Source of the DNA: Escherichia coli
Lineage (GTDB): Bacteria; Pseudomonadota; Gammaproteobacteria; Enterobacterales; Enterobacteriaceae
Reading direction: 5' to 3' (one strand)
Length of the DNA: 64,000 nt
NCBI RefSeq assembly: GCF_003790525.1
Contig: NZ_CP033635.1
Under the pieces are notes generated by a model that was not told where the DNA came from, did no database searches, and saw nothing but the letters and a program-made list of their open reading frames with translations. The position numbers were made by a program, and so were the translations under genes. Below, in pieces: positions 44,723-54,260 of the stretch. The first letter of the stretch is position 1; each line of letters opens with the position of its first letter.

Positions 44723-45946
44723 TCATAAACACCATTTAAAACCATTATCCTGAACATCATACAACAATATATTTTTACTAAAGCATGAATTGTATATTTC
44801 TATTAATTCAGGAAAATTATCAGGATTCACCTTTAAATTCACCTGAATGTTACGCCTAATTTCACCCAGCAGTTTTTCATGCGTGAATTTTATTATTTCT
44901 TTATCATAATCTATAAATTCACACATGTTTTTTATGAATTCAAACCCTTTTCCTGTATACAGTTTGATGAATGCCACAAGAGCAAACATTTCAAGATGCA
45001 GCCATAATGCCACGTGAGTTTTTCGCAAAGTATAAAAAATTGAATTCACCTCTTTTTTACTTATTGCTCTTTTGTACTGTGAGTGTGCCAGATTCAGTAG
45101 TGGCAATTCTCTCTCGATAAATGAAAGTGAAAAAGGCGGGTAAATTGATGTCGGAAATATTTTAGGTCTTATGATATTTTCTATTTCCACCATAAATCTA
45201 TCCATAGAAAGAAAATCATTTTCTTTTTTTATTCTGGTATAGAGACCGCCTTTATTTCTTACTGCGACTTTTTTTCGTGCTACCCCCCCCAACACTTCCT
45301 CTAATTGTTTATTTATCTTCGTATCATTAAATACAACCATTCTTCTTATCATCCTGGGAAGGATGATAATATCAGAGCTTGAATCACTTGAACGGTAATT
45401 ATTATTGATCCATGCAACTTCAAGTTGAAGTATCGGAACATTAAATTCTCTGGGGTTAATAACTCTCTGATATTGTTTTTTGTATGCGTTTTTATTAAGA
45501 TATTCTCTGCTGTAGAGAAACTTATAGCAATATAATCTGACAATATCCTTTATGTAAGATTTAAATGAGTCACCTGTAACAGATATATTTTTTCTGCTCA
45601 GTAACTCCTGTGTATTGAGCCATTCCCGTGACCGGAGTACTCCCTTATGAAGACTTTTTCTTACTTGCATTGAACTGCGCAATTGATGTAATATTTTTGC
45701 GTCCTCAACAATTCTCTTTCCCGTTTGATTTCTTGCAGCATCTATTACTCTGTCAAATATCTCCCGGTCCAGACTTTTGTCATATTTACTGATTATACGA
45801 CAAATATTCCTGACCCGACGGTTCTCTTTATTTCGTTTCCATAACTGATAATGATCATCACATAACCTCAGGGCATTTGCCTCATCAAATTCTGAAACAG
45901 GATTGCTGCATTTTTTATTCCGACAGATACCTTTGTTTTTAGCCAT
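44723..45946 (-). CDS. hypothetical protein (407 aa), AT-rich orphan with Cys-rich N-terminus
   Basis: Long uninterrupted ORF in strongly AT-rich DNA; N-terminal CRNKKCSNP...CDDHY suggests a metal-binding motif; no family recognised. Confidence 0.6.
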   Translation of the reverse strand: MAKNKGICRNKKCSNPVSEFDEANALRLCDDHYQLWKRNKENRRVRNICRIISKYDKSLDREIFDRVIDAARNQTGKRIVEDAKILHQLRSSMQVRKSLHKGVLRSREWLNTQELLSRKNISVTGDSFKSYIKDIVRLYCYKFLYSREYLNKNAYKKQYQRVINPREFNVPILQLEVAWINNNYRSSDSSSDIIILPRMIRRMVVFNDTKINKQLEEVLGGVARKKVAVRNKGGLYTRIKKENDFLSMDRFMVEIENIIRPKIFPTSIYPPFSLSFIERELPLLNLAHSQYKRAISKKEVNSIFYTLRKTHVALWLHLEMFALVAFIKLYTGKGFEFIKNMCEFIDYDKEIIKFTHEKLLGEIRRNIQVNLKVNPDNFPELIEIYNSCFSKNILLYDVQDNGFKWCL

Positions 45947-46046
45947 ACTCTTCTTCCCGTCAATGGAAAATTTTTCACGTCCATATTACCTGACTGAGAG
46001 ACCGGATTAATGTGATCCGGTTCAGTGAAATCAACAGGATACCGGT

Positions 46047-46931
46047 ATGTCATTCAGCCATTCTTCCCTTTCCGCACACGTAAAATCACATCTGACCTTT
46101 CTTCCTGAAGAAATACGCCAGAAAATCCTTGAATATCTTCACAGCGTCATTCAGTACGAACCCGTGATTGGCATTATGGGTAAATCCGGTGCCGGAAAAA
46201 GCAGCCTGTGCAATGCCATTTTTCAGTCCCGTGTCTGCGCCACGCATCCACTGAACGGCTGCACCCGTCAGGCTCATCGTCTTACCTTTCAGCCTGGTGA
46301 ACGCAGAATGACGCTCGTCGATCTGCCCGGCACTGGCGAAACACCACAGCATGATCAGGAATACCGGGCACTTTACCGTCAGTTACTGCCCGAACTGGAT
46401 CTGATTATCTGGATCCTGCGTGCTGATGAACGTGCGTATGCTGCCGACATCGCCATGCATCAGTTTTTACTGAATGAAGGTGCCGATCCCTCGCGTTTTC
46501 TGTTTGTTCTCAGCCATGCTGATCGCATCCACCCGGCTGAAGAATGGAACAGCCAGAGCAACACGCCATCCCGTCAGCAGGAACTCTCACTGGCAACAGT
46601 AACAGCCCGGGTGGCAACCCTGTTCCCTTCATCATTTCCGGTACTCCCCATAGCTGCCCCTGCAGGCTGGAATCTTCCGGCATTTGTGTCACTGATGATC
46701 CACGCCCTGCCACCACAGGCAACCAGCACGGTTTATTCGCATATCCGGAATGAAAAGCGCACTGCGCAGGATCAGCAACACGCACAGCAGGCTTTTGGTG
46801 ACGCCATCGGCCAGAGCTTTGACGCGGCCATTGCCCGGTTCAGCTTTCCGGCCTGGATGCTGCAGCTTCTGCGTAAAGCCCGTGATCGCATTATCCGCCT
46901 GCTGGTCACACTGTGGGATCGCCTGTTCTGA
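46047..46931 (+). CDS. YfjP/YeeP/YkfA-family GTPase (CP4-type island protein)
   Basis: 294-aa ORF with P-loop GKSGAGKSS and DLPG switch motif. Confidence 0.8.
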   Translation: MSFSHSSLSAHVKSHLTFLPEEIRQKILEYLHSVIQYEPVIGIMGKSGAGKSSLCNAIFQSRVCATHPLNGCTRQAHRLTFQPGERRMTLVDLPGTGETPQHDQEYRALYRQLLPELDLIIWILRADERAYAADIAMHQFLLNEGADPSRFLFVLSHADRIHPAEEWNSQSNTPSRQQELSLATVTARVATLFPSSFPVLPIAAPAGWNLPAFVSLMIHALPPQATSTVYSHIRNEKRTAQDQQHAQQAFGDAIGQSFDAAIARFSFPAWMLQLLRKARDRIIRLLVTLWDRLF

Positions 46932-47116
46932 ATTTCCCCGCTTTTTGACCGGCACAGACGATGACCAGGGAACGCATTTCCGGCGGCTTTACCACAATGC
47001 TGAAGGGCTTTTGGTAAACCTCATTCATTTCATCCATCAGGCAGCGTCTTCTCCGGGAGATGCGGCTTTTTCATTGATTACGTCAGTCAGTCTTAACCAC
47101 TGATAAGGAGCAAAGT

Positions 47117-47935
47117 ATGCGATTAGCCAGTCGTTTTGGTTATGCGAACCAGATACGCCGTGACCGTCCGCTGACACATGAAGAGCTGATGCACCATGTG
47201 CCCGGGATTTTCGGGGAGGATAAGCACACCTCCCGGAGCCGGAACTATACATACATCCCCACCATCACCGTGCTGGAAAGCCTGCAACGGGAAGGCTTTC
47301 AGCCGTTCTTTGCCTGCCAGACCCGCGTGCGTGACCCGGGACGCCGGGGATACACAAAGCACATGCTGCGTCTGCGCCGTGACGGGGAGATAAACGGACA
47401 GCATGTCCCTGAAATCATCCTGCTCAACTCCCATGACGGCACCTCCAGCTACCAGATGCTGCCGGGTTACTTCCGGTTCGTGTGTCAGAACGGATGTGTC
47501 TGTGGTCAGTCTCTCGGAGAGGTGCGTGTCCCGCACCGGGGAGACGTGGTGGACAGGGTCATTGAAGGGGCTTACGAGGTGGTGGGCGTGTTTGACCGGA
47601 TAGAGGAAAAGCGTGATGCCATGCAGTCACTGATTTTACCACCACCGGCTCGTCAGGCGCTGGCACAGGCCGCCCTGACTTACCGTTATGGTGACGAACA
47701 TCAGCCCGTCACCACCGCCGACATTCTGACACCACGACGCCGGGAGGATTACGGTCAGGACCTGTGGAGTGCTTATCAGACCATCCAGGAGAATATGCTG
47801 AAAGGCGGGATTTCCGGTCGCAGTGCAAAAGGAAAACGTATCCATACCCGGGCCATTCACAGCATTGATACCGATATAAAACTCAACCGCGCATTGTGGG
47901 TGATGGCAGAAACGCTGCTGGAGAGCATGCGCTGA
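47117..47935 (+). CDS. DUF932-family protein (YfjQ-like)
   Basis: 272-aa ORF in the canonical position after the GTPase. Confidence 0.65.
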   Translation: MRLASRFGYANQIRRDRPLTHEELMHHVPGIFGEDKHTSRSRNYTYIPTITVLESLQREGFQPFFACQTRVRDPGRRGYTKHMLRLRRDGEINGQHVPEIILLNSHDGTSSYQMLPGYFRFVCQNGCVCGQSLGEVRVPHRGDVVDRVIEGAYEVVGVFDRIEEKRDAMQSLILPPPARQALAQAALTYRYGDEHQPVTTADILTPRRREDYGQDLWSAYQTIQENMLKGGISGRSAKGKRIHTRAIHSIDTDIKLNRALWVMAETLLESMR

Positions 47936-48016
47936 TGCCGTTTCCCTGAGTGAGGGAATCATTCAGCTTTCGTTCCTGAAAAACACACATTTATTTGTTA
48001 TTTAAGGAGTTATCTC

Positions 48017-48457
48017 ATGAAAACCGTTTCTCAGAATACCCCCACAATTTATTCAGCTACAACACCAGAGAATAATCCGCCTCAGTTGGTTGCCAGCCTC
48101 GTCCCTGATGAACAGCGCATCAGCTTCTGGCCGCAGCATTTTGGCCTCATTCCACAGTGGGTGACCCTGGAGCCCCGTGTCTTCGGCTGGATGGACCGTC
48201 TGTGCGAAGACTACTGCGGTGGTATCTGGAATCTGTACACCCTGAACAACGGCGGCGCATTTATGGCCCCCGAACCGGATGATGATGATGACGAAACATG
48301 GGTACTGTTCAATGCCATGAACGGTAACCGCGCTGAAATGAGCCCGGAAGCCGCCGGCATTGCTGCCTGTCTGATGACGTACAGTCATCATGCCTGTCGT
48401 ACGGAGTGTTATGCCATGACGGTTCATTATTACCGTCTGCGGGATTACGCCCTGTAG
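48017..48457 (+). CDS. antirestriction protein, KlcA/ArdB family (YfjX/YeeR-like)
   Basis: 146-aa ORF with acidic stretch (PEPDDDDDE) and pattern typical of CP4-island antirestriction proteins. Confidence 0.7.
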   Translation: MKTVSQNTPTIYSATTPENNPPQLVASLVPDEQRISFWPQHFGLIPQWVTLEPRVFGWMDRLCEDYCGGIWNLYTLNNGGAFMAPEPDDDDDETWVLFNAMNGNRAEMSPEAAGIAACLMTYSHHACRTECYAMTVHYYRLRDYAL

Positions 48458-48511
48458 CATCCGGAATGCAGCGCCATTATGCGCATCATTGACTGAAAGG
48501 GGGCCGGAACA

Positions 48512-48988
48512 ATGCAACAGATTTCCTTTCTGCCCGGAGAAATGACAACCAGAGAGCGCAGCCTCATTCAGCGGGCCCTGAAAGCCCTGGACCGCCATCT
48601 TCATGAACCCGGCGTGGCCTTCACCTCCACCCGTGCGGCACGGGAATGGCTGATTCTGAACATGGCGGGACTGGAGCGGGAAGAGTTCCGGGTGCTGTAC
48701 CTGAACAACCAGAATCAGCTGATTGCCGGTGAAACCCTCTTCACCGGCACCATCAACCGCACGGAAGTCCATCCCCGGGAGGTGGTTAAACGCGCCCTGT
48801 ACCACAATGCCGCTGCCGTGGTGCTGGCACACAATCATCCGTCCGGTGAAGTCACACCCGGTAAGGCAGACCGGCTTATCACTGAACGTCTGGTACAGGC
48901 ACTGGCCCTGGTGGATATCCGGGTGCCGGACCATCTGATAATCGGTGGCAGCCGGGTGTTCTCCTTTGCCGAACACGGTCTGCTTTAA
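48512..48988 (+). CDS. RadC-like JAB/MPN domain protein (YfjY/YeeS/YkfG-like)
   Basis: 158-aa ORF with JAMM-like HNHPSGEVTPGKAD motif. Confidence 0.8.
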   Translation: MQQISFLPGEMTTRERSLIQRALKALDRHLHEPGVAFTSTRAAREWLILNMAGLEREEFRVLYLNNQNQLIAGETLFTGTINRTEVHPREVVKRALYHNAAAVVLAHNHPSGEVTPGKADRLITERLVQALALVDIRVPDHLIIGGSRVFSFAEHGLL

Positions 48989-49077
48989 TCCGTCACCGTC
49001 ACAACCACCTTCATATTGTCACTTCAGTTTCTCTTTCTCAGCTGTTTCTCACTTTCACATTCAGGAGGACTGTTCTC

Positions 49078-49299
49078 ATGAAAATCGTCACCCGTGGTGA
49101 AGCCATGCGCGTTCACCGTCAGTATCCGTCATCCCGTCTTTTTCCGTTCTGCACCGGTAAGTACCGCTGGCACGGCGGCACTGAGGCGTATACCGGTCGT
49201 GAAGTGCAGGATATCCCCGGCGTACTGGCCGTGTTTGCCGAACGCCGCAAGGACAGTTTTGGCCCGTATGTCCGGCTGATGAGCGTCACCCTGAACTGA
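49078..49299 (+). CDS. DUF987-family small protein (YeeT/YpjJ-like)
   Basis: 73-aa ORF, MKIVTRGEAMRVHRQYP...; canonical position upstream of the antitoxin. Confidence 0.65.
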   Translation: MKIVTRGEAMRVHRQYPSSRLFPFCTGKYRWHGGTEAYTGREVQDIPGVLAVFAERRKDSFGPYVRLMSVTLN

Positions 49300-49309
49300 G
49301 TCAGTGGAG

Positions 49310-49960
49310 ATGCTGATGAGCAGCATTATCACCACCACCGTGTATACGCTGAATGAACTTTCCGCCACAGCACGGGAAAAAGCCCGCGGCTGGTACCGTC
49401 AGCATCATGCTGACAGCCGCTGGTATGAAAACGTGTATGAGGACTTCAGGGCGGTCTGTGAGATTGTCGGGATTGTCCTCCGCCAGCGTGTTATCCGGCT
49501 CAGCAGCGGCAGGTTTATGGAAGAGCCGTGCATCTGGTTCAGCGGATTCTGCAGCCAGGGGGACGGAGCCTGTTTTGAAGGGCGCTGGCACTGGCAGCCG
49601 GCAACAGCCAGGCGAGTCCGGGAATATGCCCCGCAGGACCGTGAGCTTCATCGTATCACGGATGCCCTGCAGGCGGTGCAGAAGCATAACTTCCGGCAGT
49701 TACAGGCTGAAATCCGTCACCGGGGACGCTACTGCCATCCGTACAGCATGGATATCACCGTCACCCGGGACAGCCCGACCGGACAGGCAATGACAGCCGG
49801 CGCGGAAACCGTTGTCTGTGACGCCCTGCGGGACCTGGCCTTCTGGTTATACAGTCAACTGGAAAACGAGTACGACTGGCTGACCTCAGATGACGCCGTG
49901 GATGAGGCGCTTCTCATCAACGGATACACCTTCACCGAAGCCGGTCTGCGCGCCGGCTGA
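49310..49960 (+). CDS. hypothetical protein (~216 aa)
   Basis: ORF in a GC-rich segment between DUF987 and the antitoxin; start ambiguous (GTG 49304, ATG 49310 or 49316); no family recognised. Confidence 0.5.
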   Translation: MLMSSIITTTVYTLNELSATAREKARGWYRQHHADSRWYENVYEDFRAVCEIVGIVLRQRVIRLSSGRFMEEPCIWFSGFCSQGDGACFEGRWHWQPATARRVREYAPQDRELHRITDALQAVQKHNFRQLQAEIRHRGRYCHPYSMDITVTRDSPTGQAMTAGAETVVCDALRDLAFWLYSQLENEYDWLTSDDAVDEALLINGYTFTEAGLRAG

Positions 49961-50010
49961 CCCGTCATTGTTAAAACCATTCTTAACCGATTATCAGTGA
50001 GGACTTTATC

Positions 50011-50388
50011 ATGTCAGACACACTCACCGGGACAACGCATCCCGACGACAACAGCGACCGCCCCTGGTGGGGGCTGCCCTGCACCGTGACGCCCTGTTTC
50101 GGTGCCCGTCTGGTGCAGGAGGGTAACCGCCTGCATTACCTTGCAGACCGCGCCGGCATCAGAGGCCGGTTCAGCGACGCAGATGCGTACCACCCGGACC
50201 AGGCCTTTCCGCTGCTGATGAAACAGCTGGAACTCATGCTCACCAGTGGTGAACTCAGTCCCCGCCATCAGCATACCGTCACACTGTATGCGAAAGGGCT
50301 GACCTGCGAAGCCGACACCCTCGGCAGTTGTGGTTACGTGTATATCGCCATTTATCCGACACCGGCAACACCCGGAACCACCGCATAA
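50011..50388 (+). CDS. type IV antitoxin, CbeA/YeeU/YfjZ family
   Basis: 125-aa ORF; ...[20 protein letters not shown]...[19 protein letters not shown] matches the YeeU family. Confidence 0.85.
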   Translation: MSDTLTGTTHPDDNSDRPWWGLPCTVTPCFGARLVQEGNRLHYLADRAGIRGRFSDADAYHPDQAFPLLMKQLELMLTSGELSPRHQHTVTLYAKGLTCEADTLGSCGYVYIAIYPTPATPGTTA

Positions 50389-50434
50389 CCCCGGACAGCA
50401 CTTCTTTATCACCACCTGTTACAGAGTACTTAAG

Positions 50435-50809
50435 ATGAAAACATTCCCCGACACACATGTACGGGCAACATCGCGCTGCCCGTCTCCGGTTGAAATCTGG
50501 CAGACACTGCTCACCCGGTTGCTGGACCAGCACTACGGCCTCACGCTGAATGACACACCGTTCGCCGATGAACGTGTGATTGAACAGCATATTGAGGCAG
50601 GTATTTCACTGTGTGATGCGGTGAACTTTCTCGTGGAAAAATACGCACTGGTGCGTACCGACCAGCCGGGATTCAGTGCCTGCACCCGCTCTCAGTTAAT
50701 CAACAGCATTGATATCCTCCGGGCCCGCCGGGCAACCGGCCTGATGACCCGCAGCCACTACCGAATGGTGAGCAACATCACCCTGGGTAAACACTGTGAG
50801 GTGAAATGA
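50435..50809 (+). CDS. type IV toxin, CbtA/YeeV/YpjF family (cytoskeleton-binding)
   Basis: Trimmed to [48 protein letters not shown]..., near-identical in pattern to CbtA. Confidence 0.85.
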   Translation: MKTFPDTHVRATSRCPSPVEIWQTLLTRLLDQHYGLTLNDTPFADERVIEQHIEAGISLCDAVNFLVEKYALVRTDQPGFSACTRSQLINSIDILRARRATGLMTRSHYRMVSNITLGKHCEVK

Positions 50810-51297
50810 TGAAACTGTCCCTGACGCTGGAAGCAGACAGCGTTAACGTCCGGGCACTGAACATGGGGCGCATTGTCGCTGACGTCGATGGTGTTAATCT
50901 CGCTGAACTGATTAACGTGGTCTGCGATAACGGCTGTTCCCTTCGTGTTGTTGATGAATCTGACCGGACCTCAGCAGACTGCATGCCACCATTTACTGCC
51001 CTTACCGGCATACGCTGCAGTACCGCACATATCACGGAACAGGACAATGCCTGGCTGTACTCGCTGTCGCATCAGACGAATGACAACGGCGAATCAGAAT
51101 GGATTCATTTTACAGGCAGCGGATATCTGTTACGTACTGATGCGTGGTCGTACCCGGCTCTGCGGCTTAAACGCCTGGGGCTGTCAAAAACCTTCCGCCG
51201 TCTGGTTGTCACACTTATCCGGCGTTATGGCGTCAGTCTCATTCATCTGGATGCCGGCGCTGAATGTCTGCCGGGTTTACCCACTTTCGACTGGTAA
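50806..51297 (+). CDS. hypothetical protein downstream of toxin (YeeW-position protein)
   Basis: 163-aa ORF, ATGA overlap with the toxin stop. Confidence 0.5.
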   Translation: MMKLSLTLEADSVNVRALNMGRIVADVDGVNLAELINVVCDNGCSLRVVDESDRTSADCMPPFTALTGIRCSTAHITEQDNAWLYSLSHQTNDNGESEWIHFTGSGYLLRTDAWSYPALRLKRLGLSKTFRRLVVTLIRRYGVSLIHLDAGAECLPGLPTFDW

Positions 51298-51316
51298 CCG
51301 GGACAAAAGACACCGT

Positions 51317-51514
51317 ATGAAATCATTAACCACAGAAACGGCACCGGATATTCTGATTGCGTGGCTGCAGGACAATATCGACTGCGGCTCCGGCATTATC
51401 TTCGACAACGATGAGGATAAAACGGATTCGGCAGCACTGCTGCCCTGTATCGAACAGGCCAGAGCGGATATCCGCACCCTGCGCCACCTGCAGCTTCAGC
51501 ACCAGAACCGGTGA
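51317..51514 (+). CDS. small hypothetical protein (possibly DUF957-type)
   Basis: 65-aa reading frame from internal ATG of ORF 50945..51514 (MKSLTTETAPDILIAWLQDNIDCG...). Confidence 0.4.
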   Translation: MKSLTTETAPDILIAWLQDNIDCGSGIIFDNDEDKTDSAALLPCIEQARADIRTLRHLQLQHQNR

Positions 51515-51609
51515 GTCTCACTCATCATCTCACTCACCACGATTCATTCCCCTGACGCCAGTCCGAATACGGCTGGCGTTTTCATTTATAAACCACAAGG
51601 AAAAATGTA

Positions 51610-52458
51610 ATGTCTGATATCACAATCCCTTATCCGGAAGCGGTCAACGGACATACGGACGTTATCTGCTCCACAGATATCCGGCACGTTGTGACGGTAC
51701 GGAATGAAGCACTGCAACAAACCGAAAGGGTTATCCGGCAACTGGCAGAAATCTCAGCAATGACAGAAAGCATAGGCGGTAAAACGGCGCGGGACTGGGC
51801 CGTGAAACAGGATTTTCGCTGTGGCTGCTGGCTGATGGAAAAACCGGAAACCGCAATGAAAGCCATCACCCGGAACCTTGACCGTGAAATCTGGCGTGAC
51901 CTGATGCAACGCTCCGGGATGCTGAGTCTGATGGATGCACAGGCGCGTGATGAATGGTACCGTTCACAGGAGGACGATAATTTCCCGGAAATCAGCGAAG
52001 CGAATATCCTGAGCACGTCTGAACAACTGCACCGTAACAGGGATGAAATGGCTGAACGGGGCGTCATCAACCTCTTCAGGGGACTGAGCCGGACGCAAAA
52101 CAGCGGGTCACCCTGTAAATTCGGCAGCAAGATTATCCTCAACAACCTGGTGAAATGGGACTGGTGGGGATTTGGTCTGAACCATGGCCCGCAGGCCGGG
52201 CGGCTTGCCGACCTGGAAAGAATGTTGTATCTGTTCAGTGGTAAACCCATACCCGATTACAGGGACAATATCCTCATTCGTCTGGATGAGCACATCCGGT
52301 CCGTTCAGGGTGAAGCGTGTTATGAAGATGAGATGTTCAGCATCAGATACTTCAGGAAAGGCTCTGCGCATATCACGTTTAAACACCCGGAACTGGTGGA
52401 GAAGCTGAATGCTGTTCTGGCGAAACATTATTCGGTAAAGTTCCATTCTTCTGTATAA
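51610..52458 (+). CDS. hypothetical protein (possibly DUF4942-type), last island gene
   Basis: 282-aa ORF; same strand as the downstream glnP. Confidence 0.55.
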   Translation: MSDITIPYPEAVNGHTDVICSTDIRHVVTVRNEALQQTERVIRQLAEISAMTESIGGKTARDWAVKQDFRCGCWLMEKPETAMKAITRNLDREIWRDLMQRSGMLSLMDAQARDEWYRSQEDDNFPEISEANILSTSEQLHRNRDEMAERGVINLFRGLSRTQNSGSPCKFGSKIILNNLVKWDWWGFGLNHGPQAGRLADLERMLYLFSGKPIPDYRDNILIRLDEHIRSVQGEACYEDEMFSIRYFRKGSAHITFKHPELVEKLNAVLAKHYSVKFHSSV

Positions 52459-52583
52459 ACTTACAGATCACGGGTATTGTGTCTCGTCCTGAACAGGGCC
52501 GACAGGTATACTGCATTCGCTGAGCCATTACAGATAATGCCTCAACTGAGTTCAATCTACCTCCATGTACAACAACAATACGA

Positions 52584-52605
52584 TGGGGGCTACATTGGGG
52601 GCTAT
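52584..52605 (+). repeat. tandem TGGGGGCTAC / TGGGGGCTAT repeats (candidate integrase arm-type sites), right end
   Basis: Same motifs and 12-bp spacing as at 26019..26040, same orientation. Confidence 0.55.
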
Positions 52606-52664
52606 ACTTTCAAGTAAAACTGATATAACCAAGATTAAACAATAAGATAGAGAATTTTCACCAT

Positions 52665-52678
52665 TCCCCTCTGGGGAG
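52665..52678. repeat. right copy of island-flanking direct repeat (att core) tcccctctggggag
   Basis: Identical to 25877..25890. Confidence 0.75.
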
Positions 52679-52765
52679 AGGATTAGGGTGAGGGGCGCAA
52701 ACCCGCTCCGGGGCCATTAATTACCCTGAATTTGATTATTTACACCACGGTAACAGGAACAACAT

Positions 52766-53425
52766 ATGCAGTTTGACTGGAGTGCCATCTGGCCAGCCAT
52801 TCCGCTTCTGATTGAAGGTGCCAAAATGACCCTGTGGATCTCGGTCCTCGGTCTGGCTGGCGGCCTGGTGATCGGATTGCTGGCAGGTTTTGCACGCACC
52901 TTCGGTGGTTGGATAGCCAACCACGTCGCGCTGGTCTTTATTGAAGTGATCCGCGGCACACCTATCGTCGTCCAGGTGATGTTTATCTATTTCGCCCTGC
53001 CGATGGCGTTTAACGACTTACGCATCGACCCGTTTACTGCGGCGGTGGTCACCATCATGATCAACTCTGGCGCGTACATTGCGGAAATCACGCGTGGTGC
53101 GGTGCTGTCTATTCACAAAGGTTTTCGTGAAGCAGGACTGGCGCTCGGTCTTTCACGTTGGGAAACCATTCGCTACGTCATTTTACCGCTGGCACTGCGT
53201 CGTATGCTGCCGCCGCTGGGTAACCAGTGGATCATCAGCATTAAAGACACCTCGCTGTTTATTGTTATCGGTGTGGCGGAACTGACCCGTCAGGGGCAAG
53301 AAATTATTGCCGGTAACTTCCGCGCCCTTGAGATCTGGAGCGCCGTGGCGGTGTTCTATCTGATTATTACCCTGGTGCTGAGCTTTATTCTGCGTCGTCT
53401 GGAAAGAAGGATGAAAATCCTGTGA
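52766..53425 (+). CDS. glnP: glutamine ABC transporter permease GlnP
   Basis: 219-aa ORF. Confidence 0.95.
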
Positions 53426-54144
53426 TTGAATTTAAAAACGTCTCCAAGCATTTTGGTCCAACCCAGGTGCTGCACAATATCGATTTGAACATTGCTCAGG
53501 GCGAAGTCGTGGTGATTATCGGGCCGTCCGGTTCCGGTAAATCGACCCTGCTGCGCTGCATCAACAAACTGGAAGAAATCACTTCCGGCGATCTGATTGT
53601 CGATGGCCTGAAGGTTAACGATCCGAAAGTTGACGAGCGCCTGATTCGCCAGGAAGCAGGTATGGTGTTCCAGCAGTTTTACCTCTTCCCGCATCTGACG
53701 GCGCTGGAAAACGTCATGTTTGGTCCGCTACGCGTGCGTGGCGCGAACAAAGAAGAGGCGGAAAAACTGGCGCGTGAGCTGCTGGCGAAAGTCGGTCTGG
53801 CAGAACGTGCACATCACTACCCTTCCGAACTTTCTGGTGGTCAACAGCAGCGTGTGGCGATCGCACGCGCGCTGGCGGTGAAGCCGAAAATGATGCTGTT
53901 TGATGAACCGACTTCCGCTCTTGACCCGGAACTGCGCCATGAAGTGCTGAAGGTTATGCAGGATCTGGCTGAAGAAGGGATGACGATGGTGATCGTGACA
54001 CACGAAATCGGTTTTGCCGAGAAAGTAGCTTCGCGCCTGATCTTTATCGACAAAGGCCGGATTGCGGAAGATGGCGATCCGCAGGTGTTGATCAAGAACC
54101 CACCGAGCCAGCGCTTGCAGGAATTTTTGCAGCACGTCTCTTAA
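53422..54144 (+). CDS. glnQ: glutamine ABC transporter ATP-binding protein GlnQ
   Basis: 240-aa ORF with Walker [10 protein letters not shown] and LSGGQQQR signature; 4-nt overlap with glnP. Confidence 0.95.
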
Positions 54145-54260
54145 CTTCTCAGCCTCCCTTTCCCCCGAAAGGGAGGCACACCAGATTCCTCTCATTTAAA
54201 ATCGCCCCTCCTCCAGCATCTATACTTATCTTTTTGCTCTGTTTTCTCACTGGAGGAGTC

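Larger units (their letters stand above)
25877..52678. mobile_element. ~26.8 kb integrated genomic island (P4-type integrase, CP4-like cargo) inserted between glnH and glnP
   Basis: Bounded by a 14-bp direct repeat; integrase at the left end; IS elements, toxin-antitoxin and antirestriction genes inside; glnH and glnP, normally adjacent, lie on either side. Confidence 0.85.

Noticed and set aside
48053-48976. 307-aa minus-strand ORF spanning the antirestriction and RadC genes
   Set aside because: The plus-strand genes have clear family signatures (acidic antirestriction protein, JAMM motif); the antisense frame is a His/Gly-rich shadow.
51630-52250. 206-aa minus-strand ORF
   Set aside because: Antisense to the last island gene, which has a proper ATG start and coding look; Ser/Arg-rich shadow.
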